A stretch of DNA of 64,000 nucleotides from Rebecca billardiae RCC1528 (Eukaryota > Protista > Haptophyta), in NCBI GenBank assembly GCA_965240325.2, contig OZ251229.1:2666001-2730000 (forward strand). The letters run 5' to 3'. This document shows positions 22,092 through 33,138 of the stretch, piece after piece. The translations under genes and the position numbers were made by a program. Numbering within the stretch: position 1 is the stretch's first letter; every line of letters begins with the position of its first letter. The notes under the pieces are model-generated. The model worked only from the letters and a program-made list of their open reading frames with translations. It ran no database searches and had not been told where the DNA came from.

Positions 22092-24446
22092 ATGAAGTGG
22101 TGTGCGCCGGGTGCCAAGGGCGCGTGCCGAGATGAGGCGGGAGCACGCGCGGCGAGTGCACCGCCAGAGCGCGCGTTCGCCTTGGCGCGCCATCCCCGTC
22201 CGCGCGCCTGAGCGGCCGGACTCCCCCTCTGCGTGCTTGGCTGTGCGCAGGGGGCACAAGATGCGGGACATGGAGCATCCACCCTGGAAGGAGAACTACG
22301 TCGCGTATAAGCAGCTGAAGAAGGTGCTCAAGTCCATCATGCACGGGGATCCCGACGCGTGCACGCCCTCCACCGACGACGAGGCCGCGGCGGCGATGCG
22401 CGTGCGCACCGAGGGCGCGTTCATCACCACACTGCTGCAGGAGCTCTCAAAGGTGACGACTTTCCACGGCCGCGTGGCGGCGACGCTGCAGAAGCGCATG
22501 GAGGAGTGCGCCGCGACCGCGGACGACGCGCTCTGCCGCGCCAAGTCGGCGGACCAGCTCGACGTGCTCGTCAACGCCGAGGCGCTCATGGCAATGCTCG
22601 GCGCCGACGAGTCACGGCTCGTTGGCGAGAGCAAACGCAAGCGCGCGGACGCGCTCGCGCGGATCGAGGCGCTGCGCGCCGACCTCGAGCTGCTCCACCG
22701 GTACTCGATGGTGAACCAGCTCGCCGTGCGCAAGATCCTCAAGAAGCACGACAAGCACTCGCACTACGAGCGCCTCGCGAGGCCGTTCCGGGAGTACGCC
22801 CTCGCCGAGCCGTTTGCGAGCGCCTTGGTCGCGCGGCTGCGCACGCACGCGCAGTGCCTGGCGGACGAGGTGGGCGCGGCGCTGCACGGGCTGCTGCTCT
22901 CGCCGGACGACTACGCGTGCCCCGTCTGCCTGGACACGCTCGACGGCCCGATCGTGCTCTCGTGCGGCCACCGCTTCTGCTTCACCTGTATCTCGCGCGC
23001 GGCGGACTTCCGACCTGGCCAATGCCCGCTGTGCGCGAGCCACGTGAACCCTCGGAAGCGGCCGGCCAAGGGCGAGATCGACGCGGTGCTCGACCGGTTC
23101 CTGCGGCGGCACTTCGCGCTGGACGAGCCGTCGCGCGGCGCGCAGCTGCGCCAGCGGGACACCAACGCCGCGCCGCCGCCGCCGCGGCCTACGCCGGCCG
23201 CGCCGGGGCGGGCCGCGCCGGCCGCGCCGCCGCTCCCCGCGCCTGCGCTGTCTGTGCAGCCGGGCAGCGCGCAGGCTTTGGCCACGGCTCAGGCGCTGGG
23301 CTCGTCGGGCCGCGGTGCGAGCCCGCGCGGCTCCGCCGCCCGCTCCGCCGAGAAGGGCGCGAGTGCCGAGCACCCCGCTCCCACGCCTGCCGCCGCCGGC
23401 GCGCCGCACCCCACCGCGCCCCAGCTGCCCAACCCACCGCCGCCCCACCCGGCGTGCGGCAGCGGCGGCACACGGCTCGACTCCGCCCCTCCCGCCCCGC
23501 CGCTCGCTTCTCGGAAGCGCGCATGCGTGTACGCGCTGTGCCGATGCGCGCGTGCGCGCACGCCGCACCTCCGCGCTCGGCTCACCTCGCCCCACTCCCG
23601 CCGTCCGGCTGCCCCGCGCCTCGCGGCCGCGCCCCGCGCCAACCCCGGCCCTGCCCCGGCCCGCGCTGACGGCGCAGAACTTGCCACGAGGCCAAGACCG
23701 CGTGTGACGGCTACCCGTGCCAGCGGTGCCACAGGCTGAAGCGGCCGTGTGTGGTGCGCGCCACCGGGCGTCGCGCGGGCGACGCGGCCGCGCTCGCGCC
23801 CACGCCCGCCGCGACGTCCCGAGCACCACCAGCACTGACGCGCCGCACCCGCCCCCCCGCTCTGCGTGCACGCGCGTGCGCACGGCGCGGCCCGCGGCCC
23901 GGGTGAACGCACGCGCCGCCCGCGTCTTTGACTGGTCTGATGAATGATGCAAACCATCATGAATCAACTCGGCTGCAGGAGCGCACGGCGCGCACAAATC
24001 GAGCGCAGCAGCTCAAGGCGAAGCCTGCGCCCGTCCCGCTGGCGCCGCCGAGCTCGGGCCCAGCATCGGCGCCCGCGACGGCGGCGGCTCCGGGCGCGCA
24101 GCTCGTCAGCCTGGGGCCGCTGCCGCCGTTAGCGCGGGCGCACCCGCCTAGCCAGCCGGGGGCGTTCGCAGCGGAGCAGCGCGCTGCGCCGGTCGCGCTG
24201 CAGCTGCAGCTGGCGCCCGCGCCCGCGGGCGCCCGGTGCCACCCGGCGCAGACGAGCCGAGAGCCGGTGATGATCGCGGTCGGCCATCACCGCGGTCCGT
24301 CGGAGGACCCGAGGCGAAGCATCACGGCGATGGCACGGCCGGGGGCCGCGCCAGCGCCGACGGGCCACCCGTCGCCACCTGTCGGCATCGCGGTTCCAGA
24401 GTCACCGGGGCGTCGACGAGGCGAGGCGGGCCGTCTATTCCGCTGA
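22092..24446 (+). CDS. SPX-RING(C3HC4)-Zn(II)2Cys6 protein, 609 aa; exons 22092-22099, 22251-23528, 23678-23753, 23979-24446
   Basis: SPX: MKWGHKMRDMEHPPWKENYVAYKQLKK ... VRKILKKHDK. RING: CPVC-x11-CGHRFCFTC-x11-CPLC. Zn cluster across intron 2: RKRACVTCHEAKTACDGYPCQRCHRLKRPC. All introns GT-AG; exon total 1830 nt is in frame to the stop. Confidence 0.85.
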
Positions 24447-26132
24447 CGCGATGCGCGATCAGTCAGCAAGCTCGGCCGGGGAGCTGCCAGCTGGTGTCCA
24501 GCTGCAGCTGGGCAAGCGAGCAGCAGGCCGGAATCTCCGCCACTGGGCGCAGGAATTTCGGGTGGGGATTTTCTTTTCCGAATATGTTGGTGATGCCGTC
24601 AGAGCACCACCAACCTCTGCCGCTGGCGGCTGCGCTGACAGCGCGCTGCCGGGGCCGGCGCTGGAGGGGCGAGATGGGCGCCGACTGCGCGCCCTCCTGC
24701 GGTAGTTGCGTGCCCGCGAAGGCGGTGCGCGTGGTTGAGCGCGGCTGAAGAGCAGCCATTTGCGTCGTTCCACCGCTCGCCGTTCGGAATCACTGCATCC
24801 GCCGCGCCTCAGGCCAGACAGGCGCTGACAGGCCAGAGGCAGAGTCGCGTGCGCCGCACCGCAGTGACAAGGAAGAGTTGTACGTGCATTCCTCGGCTGA
24901 CTGCACGCGTGCCGCGAGCAGCGGCGTCGGCGTCCGGCACTTGGTTGCACTGGGCAATGTCCAGGTAGTTTATGCACGCGGCATCGCTCGTCACAGTACG
25001 CTGCCTGGCATACGCATCTGCACGGGTCACACAGCCGTCAAAAGGCATGATCGAGCATCACGCAGCGGTTGGCATCGACCTACGGCGAGGGCGTGTGAGC
25101 ATGCAAAGCACTGACATGCGCCCTTCTGGATAGTGATGTAGTGAGCACATTCCCGCGTGAAAGGAGCGCGCGCCATTCAGGCACCGGAAGCGGCGTCGGG
25201 GCTGGATGCTCACGTCTTAGGCAGGCTGATGCTGCCTTCCGGCTGCACGGGTGCGTCTATCAAGGCTGACCGTGTGTGCACGATGCGCACCGTCAAGTTC
25301 GACACGAACGTCCAGACGTGAGCTACTGCTTGACAAGGTAGTATACACACATTCATACACGCGCCGTGTCATCCGAGGAGGCACATACACGCAGGCCATC
25401 ATGGGCCTCGTTCAGGTATATTCTGCATCAGCACGCATGCATGCACGTACTAGCTCGGGCCAAGATTGACGTCGGAGCACGAGTCAGGGAGTTCAATGCC
25501 GGGGCAGAGCTGGACAGCGGTCACGTGTGTGGCCACTCCGCGCGAGCGCACATGCTCCGCGTCACCGCATATCAGCATGGCGTGCGCTGCAACGTCATCG
25601 TCGGGCCAGAGCGCTTGTTCGACCAATCGGCTCGCATGAATGATGCAATCAGCACACCTGAACGCAGCTGTTCGGACCCGCGCTCATGCGCGGCGGCGCA
25701 AGGTAGCGCAGTGCGTACAGCGTAGGCCTCGCCGCGCGGAAGCGCATGCTCCGTGTGTGTCTCGCCTCGCATGGCGCACGCGGGCGAGGCTGGCCGTGTG
25801 GCGGTGTGCACAGACAAGTGCTGGCCCGAGGCAAGTACAGCCGAATGCGATGCGCGGCGCGAAGCGGCGAATGGCACTTCAGCACGACTGCCCAGCCTAG
25901 CTCGCCGGCTCTGCGCTCGCGGGATCGTCCACACGCACGGGAGCGCGGCGCCGTCGCCCGCTCGCCCGAGACGCGCGCGTCCGCCGCGCAGCGCGCGGCT
26001 GAATAAATGCAAGGCGGAAATAAAAAGCGCGCCGATTTTCTCCGACAATTGGACAAACGACGTCGTCCTGATCCGGACAAATAACGGGACTTCATAACAC
26101 GACCGCCTTCGCTCGCGACCGCGTCGGCACGT

Positions 26133-27144
26133 CAGGGATGGGCAGATTCGCCGAATGGCCTCGGCCTTCGCTTCTTCGCCGAATTCGCCGAATTCGGCGA
26201 ATTCGGCGAATATGGCGAATTTCTGCGTTGCGAACATTTCCGCGCCATGTGTCACCCGAGCTGACAGGCTACGAGTGTCAGGATGACGCGTGGCACACCC
26301 CGTCGACTTCCAGGGACCGTGCCCAAGCTGTGAAGCCTCTACGCGGCCGAGCTCTGGGACGCGCGCGGCGGGTCAGACATCTTCATTGCGCGCCATTGCG
26401 CGCCTCGCGTGGCACGGGCTTATGACACGGACCTCGGCCCGGCCAGCTTCCTCAGCCTTCGCTAAGTTGGCGGCAAGTCTCAGTGCAAGCGTGCCAGGAA
26501 GCATTGTGCTCGAGTCTGCCGCGCCGCCCGGCGAACGCCAGCCTCGCCGATGCCACCACCAAGGCCGGCGCACAGGCTGTCCGTCGGCCTGAGTTCACGG
26601 CTGCTCGGCAGTCCGCCTTCAGCGTATGCACGCAACGCTGCCCGCGCCAGAAGTCGTCGCGACGCTCGTCTGACGCCTCGTCAGAGCGCACGTCGCTACA
26701 CTTGTAGTGGAGATGCGCTGCGTGACCCTGTGCGTCAACGACGCGTGCAAGGCCGAGCTGCCCGCGGCCACCTACTTCAACGTAGCGCGGCGCCGAGTTC
26801 AGCAGGCGCGCCCGCTCTCCGCGCTCGACGACTGGCTGCCGCCGCCGCTGCGGAGGCATGCAAGCGCCGACCGCGTCATATTCGACAGCCCGCTTGGCGA
26901 GTTAGCGTCGTACGCCGCACGCCTCGGCGCGGCGGACGCGCACGTGGCGGCGCGCGGGTCGCGCTCCGATGCGCCGAGCGGCGGCCGTCGGCCGCCGGCC
27001 GGGAGATACTGAGTCCGGCAACGGCAATACCGCCCGGATCGGGGCATTTCGCCACCTTCGCCGAATGCGCCCAGCCTTCGCCGTTCGCCGATTCGGCGAA
27101 TTCGGCGAATTGAAAATTCGGCGATTCGCTTGCGCCCATCCCTG
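26133..27144. mobile_element. hAT non-autonomous element with 8-bp TSD and a degenerate transposase C-terminus
   Basis: TIR CAGGGATGGGC / GCCCATCCCTG; perfect TSD CGGCACGT (26125-26132, 27145-27152); subterminal TTCGCCGAA/TTCGGCGAA arrays at both ends. Fragments FAKLAASLSASVPGS, QSAFS and EMRCVTLCVN resemble the hAT dimerisation domain. Confidence 0.92.
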
Positions 27145-27157
27145 CGGCACGTCCGCT

Positions 27158-28597
27158 ATGAGCGCCGAGCAGATCGAGATCGGATGCACCGCGGAAATCG
27201 ACGGCCTGCGGGCGCGTGCCGACCTGAACGGGCAGCAATGCACTGTCGTCTCCCACGTCGAGGAGACGGGGCGGTGGGGCGTCCGCACGGCCAGCGGCGA
27301 GTCTGTGGCTGTGAGGCCGGAGAACCTTCGGAGCGTGCAGCCTGCGCCCGGCGGCCGCGTGGACGACCCGTGCCTGCGTGTTGGGCGGCTTCCCGAGGAC
27401 GACGGGCGGATGGTATCCATGATCCTCGACATGGCGCGCTGGCTCGTCAACGACATGACGGGCCACTACGACCTGCCGGACGTGGACGCGGTGCATGGTT
27501 TCATCGAGCGCGGCGAGTTTGACAAGATCCTGCACTTGAACAGCCTGGCTTGGTCTTTCTGGCACAAGGCTCCCGCGGGTCGCGGCGTCTACGAGCTGCT
27601 CACCAACTGGGTCGAGGAGATGACCACCGCCAACCTCGGGCACGGCGGCTCCATCGCGCGCGTGCTCGCCGCGCGCGAGGGCCGAGGCAAGCGCTCGCCG
27701 GCTGGGGGCGATAAGGAGCGCTTCTTCTCCAGGCTGATGCTGCAGGTGAGCCGCGACTGCTCGCGCTGGGGCACCGAGCGCGTCTCGGGCACCTTCTGGC
27801 TGCTGCGCACCGAGCCCGGCCGCGGCGCCGTCCTCGTCTCCACCGACCGGCAGACGTGCGCGTACGGCGTCGGCATCGGCAGCGCCCTCGACGAGCTGAT
27901 GGCGCAGAGGGGCAGCCAACTGCCGGCGACGGTGCGGCTCACGCTGCTGCCGTTCGCCGGGCACTTGGTGTACGACGGGCTCATGCTCGGCGCGCCCCCC
28001 GAGCACGGCGCGGGCACCGACGCGCTGCGCCGCGAGCTCGAGGCCGTGTTCCAGGCGGCGCTGGCCGGGGGGCGGGTGCTGCCTGACGCCGCCGAGCGCG
28101 CGGGCAAGAACGCCGGCGCGCCGACGCCGAGCCGAGGCGGCGACGGCGGCCCGGCAGCCGCCGACATCCCCCCAGTCACGTCCAAGGCGCGCAAGACGCT
28201 GAAGAAGCTCGAGGCGATCCCCGCCCCGCCGGACGCCCCGGTCGACGAGCAGCAGATGTTCGTGTTTCGGCGGTTTGGCTACTCGGAGGCGGAGAATCCG
28301 GAGCACCAGCTGGTCATCATCTCGGGCACCGGCGAGATGGTCGGCAGCTTCAAGTCGGCGCAGATCGCGCCCTCGGCGGAGGAGGTGCTGCACCAGCTGT
28401 GCATCGCCGCGCGGCGCGCCGGCCGGCGCCCGCATCGTGTGGCCGTCGACGCGGAGGGTGTCGCCGAGGTGTGCCGCGCGTGGGTGGCCGAGGCAAGCCC
28501 GTCCCTGCGCGACCTGGACTTCGGCTACTACCCCCCGCCATCGGACGAGGAGTCCGCCGCGTACAACTCGGGCCTCGTGCGCCCGCCTGGCGTCTGA
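27158..28597 (+). CDS. Hypothetical protein with an N-terminal SH3-like 'GLxxxxxLNG...GRWGV...VRPENL' module
   Basis: 479-aa ORF from ATG 27158 with strong GC3 bias; internal LLPFAGHLVYDG and C-terminal YYPPPSDEE; function not recognised. Confidence 0.75.
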   Translation: MSAEQIEIGCTAEIDGLRARADLNGQQCTVVSHVEETGRWGVRTASGESVAVRPENLRSVQPAPGGRVDDPCLRVGRLPEDDGRMVSMILDMARWLVNDMTGHYDLPDVDAVHGFIERGEFDKILHLNSLAWSFWHKAPAGRGVYELLTNWVEEMTTANLGHGGSIARVLAAREGRGKRSPAGGDKERFFSRLMLQVSRDCSRWGTERVSGTFWLLRTEPGRGAVLVSTDRQTCAYGVGIGSALDELMAQRGSQLPATVRLTLLPFAGHLVYDGLMLGAPPEHGAGTDALRRELEAVFQAALAGGRVLPDAAERAGKNAGAPTPSRGGDGGPAAADIPPVTSKARKTLKKLEAIPAPPDAPVDEQQMFVFRRFGYSEAENPEHQLVIISGTGEMVGSFKSAQIAPSAEEVLHQLCIAARRAGRRPHRVAVDAEGVAEVCRAWVAEASPSLRDLDFGYYPPPSDEESAAYNSGLVRPPGV

Positions 28598-28952
28598 CGA
28601 CGCTGACCGTGCCCGGCTGGCGCCGTGGATGGCGTGTACCCGCCCGCCGAGCGCGGCTCACGCGGGCGGCGCCTATACACGTACGCATCATATATGCGCG
28701 CATAGGCGCGTGCGGAGAACTACGGCCTACGGGACAAACTACTACTACCTGGCCGCGTTGCGCTGTTGCGAAAACGTTGATGACAATGACGACGACGATT
28801 ACGTTGACGGCCGGGCCGCGCGGGCCGCGCTGGCAGCATCAAATTTATCGTCAATTATTATATTAAATTTTAATATATATATATATATATATAATCAGCG
28901 CATAGTACGACGTACAGTCATGGACTGCCGTACGTACATATAGTCGTCATTA

Positions 28953-30593
28953 TGGCCCGCGGTGCAGGGCGGAGCGCACAGCGTGGAGCCCGCACCAGCG
29001 GGCCCGAACAACGTTTCAAAAAGATCTTTGATCAAGAAAAAAGGGACGGGGGACGATTTTCATGGCTGGAGGAGACCGAGTTTCGAATTTTGAGACCCTC
29101 TCTAACATGCATCACGGCCGAAAAAGGTCGCGCCCACGGCAAGTTCATAGTAAAGCGTGGAGTGACGCCCGTCCAAAAAACTTCACGCCCTTTAGGATCC
29201 CTAACGTAACGAACCGTTACAAGCGATTTTTCCGGCCAATGAGATTGCAGCAAGGTCCAAGGAGCGATGACGTATCTAGATAGAGATTGCCGCGAACCGA
29301 TGTGACCATGTACGTCCCTTGAATCAGTTGAATCAACTATTCAATCGCGCCGTGTCTGTATCAGGAGCCGACGAGGCAAGGGTCAGTAGCCGATGGGCCA
29401 ACCTCGGCGAATCTCAATACTATCTGACACCGGAGCGGGAGCCGGGGCGCGGGCCCGCGTTTTCTACGCCACGGCTGCGGCGAGACCGCGAGAGGATGAG
29501 GCGAGCTGACGAGCGACCGACGGGTGAGGACGGCGATGGGCAGGTGCGCGCGGCGAGTTGCGCCTGGAGCGCGCGGCTGCGGCGGGTCCCGACTGCCGTC
29601 GACATCGCGTTCGTGCCCCCGCTCACTCCGCGCGCCCCCGCCGCCCCGTGTCGATGCCTGCGCGCGGCCGCGCGCCGGTCGGCGCCCTAGGCGCCCCGGC
29701 CGCGCCGCGGCAGCCGCCCTGTATTCGGGCTCTCGCAAGCTCGGGGGCAGCGGCGCCTGATGCCGGACTGATCGATCTCTGAGTCTTCGACTTCACCACG
29801 CGCCGCCCTTGCCATGCCTTTCCGGGGAGCGCCGACGATCCGAGTCCATCGTCGACGGTCTGACTCTGAGCGAGGGCTACGCCTCGGAACTGAACGGTAC
29901 TCTACGAGGAGGACGAGCTGCGCGGGCGACGGTGGTGCGTGACGTCCCCAGAGCTGGCTGTGCCTCTGCAACGCGTGCCGAGCCTGATCGAGGTGTGTCA
30001 GCCCGTGCACGCGCGGCGTGCGCGAACGATCCGTGACTGGTGCCCAGTCGCACCTCCGACCTCGGCACCGTGCTCCCTCGGGCTGTCAGCTCCGCGTGGC
30101 CTGGCGTGCACGTCGAGTTGCGCTCATGCGTCGATCACGCCTCGCGCCCGCCTGTCGGCCGTCGCGCAGGCGCTGGTCGAACCCTACTCGGACCAGTGCA
30201 AATCACCTAACTATCCTGGCGCTGCCGCGGTGCGCGGTGACCCGCGGCGGGACAGCGGTCAGTCAGCAGCAGCGGCCCGAACGAATCCGCGGCCCCGCAC
30301 CGTGCTCCCTGGCTGTCAGCTTCGCGTGGCCTGGCGTGCACGTGGAGTCGCGCTCATGCGTCGATCACGCCTCGTCGCATCCGCCTGTACACAATCGGCG
30401 CCGCGCCGGCGGCTGCGAAGTGCGCCGATGGGCCCGCGCCCCGGGCGCGGCGGGCGGCGGCGCGCCGCTGGAGTCTAGTTGTACGGGCATGCAACTCCGG
30501 GTCTGTCAATAGACGACTGCGATGGAGGGTGCACCGCCACCGCGGGCCCTGAACTACGTTCGTTCTACGGAAAAGGACCGCGGAACGCGGTCA
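28953..30593 (+). mobile_element. Family A copy 3
   Basis: Same termini; the 3' ~700 bp is homologous to copy 1, while the middle differs. Confidence 0.75.
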
Positions 30594-30835
30594 TTATTTC
30601 ATATCAGCAGTATGGCATCGTCGATCATCACATTTGAAGAGGCGCACTATCTACTGCGCGCGCGGCCGCGCTCCGACGACGGTCAGGCCGGCCCGGCTGG
30701 GTCGGCAGGGCCAGGCGCATCCGCACATGAGACTCGATCCGTGTCATTATTGACTGCAGGTGTGGCGTGGGAGAATCCGTGTCGGCCCGCTCGAACGCCG
30801 AGCTCCGCTCGCATCGCACAAGCCAGCGGCTGCTG

Positions 30836-31672
30836 TCAGCGGCGCAGCCGCAGATGGGCGCTCGGTGCCGACGTGCCCGGCGCTGAGCTCGAAGCGAGTG
30901 GCTGCGCGCTCTCCCCGCCAACCCGCTGACTGGCCGCGACGCCGGCGGCGAAGAGGACGCGCGCCTTGAACAGGGAGGCGATCTCCTTCTCGTCGAGATC
31001 ATCGTCGTCGTTCGCCTGCGGGCGAGGCCCGCGATGAGCACGCATGGCCCCGCAGGGGCAGGGCGGGACGCAGCAGGCGGGCGCGGGCGTGAGTCTGAGC
31101 GAGTGGCCGACGCGCACGGCAGGTGCTTCTCTCCCTCGGTGGTGCCGTGCTCGGCTGCGACTTGATGCGCGGCCGCGGCGCACCTGCACGGATTTTGCGA
31201 GGCCAGGGAGCTCGTCCTTGAACGCCTCCTTCGTGGCGGCATAGAGAGTCCTCGGCCGGATCTTTGCACCCGGCGGGTTCCACGAGACGAAGACCACCTT
31301 GCGCTGGCCGCCGAGCGCCTGCGCGGGATAGTCCATCACGCCGTACCGCGGCTCGCCGGAGGACTTGAGCGCGCGGACGAAGGCGTTGTAGTCGAACGCG
31401 CTGGCACCGGAGGATTCACGCGAGCTCTCCACGTCCACCCGGTCGCCCACGATCTTGAAGATGACGTAGTCCAGCTTGTGGCGCAGCTGCAGGTCACCGT
31501 ACGTCTTGAGCGCCTTGTCCGTGGCCTTAAAGCCGGTCGTCAGTGACGTTGTCAAGCGGTCGGGCGAGCGATCATCCGGCGCGATCGCGAGTGCGATGCC
31601 GTAGAGCGTGACCAGCGTCACCACGGACGCCAGAGCACCGACCGCGCGTCGCTTGCTCCCGCCGTGCTCCAT
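30836..31672 (-). CDS. ADF/cofilin-domain protein with an N-terminal hydrophobic segment; intron 31183-31016
   Basis: LQLRHKLDYVIFKI, EPRYGVMDY, KVVFVSWNPPGAKIRPRTLYAATKEAFKDEL and VQ|ANDDDDLD match the ADF-H fold. Confidence 0.9.
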   Translation of the reverse strand: MEHGGSKRRAVGALASVVTLVTLYGIALAIAPDDRSPDRLTTSLTTGFKATDKALKTYGDLQLRHKLDYVIFKIVGDRVDVESSRESSGASAFDYNAFVRALKSSGEPRYGVMDYPAQALGGQRKVVFVSWNPPGAKIRPRTLYAATKEAFKDELPGLAKSVQVRRGRASSRSRARHHRGREAPAVRVGHSLRLTPAPACCVPPCPCGAMRAHRGPRPQANDDDDLDEKEIASLFKARVLFAAGVAASQRVGGESAQPLASSSAPGTSAPSAHLRLRR

Positions 31673-31730
31673 GACCAACCGTCTTCGCGCGAATAAGGAA
31701 AAACCCGCGCGCGCAGCGCGCTGCCAATGG

Positions 31731-32811
31731 AGGCCACTTCACCGAAATCCAGGCTGGGGAGGCTAAACGCTGCACTGGTGGGGAGGCTAACAGCCTCCCC
31801 GCTCTCCCAGCGTGGGGAGGCTAGCGCTCCGCCGCTCCGGTCTTTCGCCGCTGGCAAAACTTTCGAAAACGAAAGTCGCGCCATGGCGGACCCGGTGTTC
31901 CCGCGCGGCGGCGAAAGGGGCGCGGGGCCGGTGGCTCGCGATCCGAAGGGCAGTAGCTCGCGACCTCGCTTGGGCGGCGGCAGCGGCGCTGTGGCCCGCC
32001 GTGCACAATCCGCGCGGCTGTGCGCGATCGCGCGGTCCCGTTCGTCGCCACGTCGCGCGCGACCGTTCACGCCACAGCCTTTCCGCACTGGCATGCACAC
32101 CTTGCAAGCGCATGACGGCGGAGAGCTCAGAGAGCCCGTCACGCGCGTGACGACCGTGCGGGATGGGTTGTACAGCTTGTCTCCATGGTCAGGGAGGCAC
32201 GCGCCGGCCCATGAGGCGGGCATGAGGATCATGAATGGCTGCTGTACTGTCCACAACTCCATGGCAGCGTGGCAGACGATGACTCATCTTGCAGCAGTTA
32301 GGAATGGTCTGAACGTTGGATGGGCTCATCAGAAAGCCTACGAAGGCAGCGTTCACATCGGCACAACCCATCCCACACGGTCGTCACGCGCGTGACGGGC
32401 TCTCTGAGCTCTCCGCCGTCATGCGCTTGCAAGGTGTGCATGCCAGTGCGGAAAGGCTGTGGCGTGAACGGTCGCGCGCGACGTGGCGACGAACGGGACC
32501 GCGCGATCGCGCACAGCCGCGCGGATTGTGCACGGCGGGCCACAGCGCCGCTGCCGCCGCCCAAGCGAGGTCGCGAGCTACTGCCCTTCGGATCGCGAGC
32601 CACCGGCCCCGCGCCCCTTTCGCCGCCGCGCGGGAACACCGGGTCCGCCATGGCGCGACTTTCGTTTTCGAAAGTTTTGCCAGCGGCGAAAGACCGGAGC
32701 GGGCGAGCGGCGGAGCGCTAGCCTCCCCACGCTGGGAGAGCGGGGAGGCTGTTAGCCTCCCCACCAGTGCAGCGTTTAGCCTCCCCAGCCTGGATTTCGG
32801 TGAAGTGGCCT
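31731..32811. mobile_element. Foldback-type TIR element with ~440-bp inverted arms
   Basis: Arm 31731-32171 is the near-perfect reverse complement of 32363-32811, with a ~190-bp spacer. Flanked by direct repeat CCAATGG (31724-31730, 32812-32818); repeated GGGGAGGCTA motifs inside the arms. Confidence 0.9.
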
Positions 32812-32921
32812 CCAATGGCGGCCCCAAATGGATTTTTTTTGCTCGGCGGGGGGAAAACATGCGCTGCTCTGCACGGCACTGCTTACATCCGATGGCTTAC
32901 TGTCAGTTGGTGGGCGTCAAT

Positions 32922-32960
32922 CTCGCCTGCCTGAGCTGTGTGCGTCTCTTATTCTTAGTA
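32922..32960 (+). repeat. ~40-bp dispersed repeat (other copies 52689-52732 on minus, 61741-61780)
   Basis: TGCCTGAGCTGTGTGCGTCTCTTATTCTTAGTA(AACTG) is found three times. Confidence 0.85.
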
Positions 32961-33138
32961 TGGGGTATTAAACTGTAGCATCTGTCTGCATCAATGCATC
33001 ATCAGAGTGGTGCTGCTAACATTATAAATTAAGGGTCTCCGAGCACCGCGGGCGCGAAGCCTGAGCCTCGCGAGCCGCATTGGCGCGACCCACCGAGCTA
33101 CGACTCACGGCCACGGCCACAGCTATACAATATTATTA

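Noticed and set aside
22102-23739. 545-aa ORF-track model of the SPX gene
   Set aside because: It begins inside intron 1 and reads through intron 2; the spliced model restores the SPX start and the Zn cluster.
26969-27157. N-terminal extension of the 542-aa ORF
   Set aside because: It lies within the hAT element's subterminal repeats; ATG 27158 is the more plausible start.
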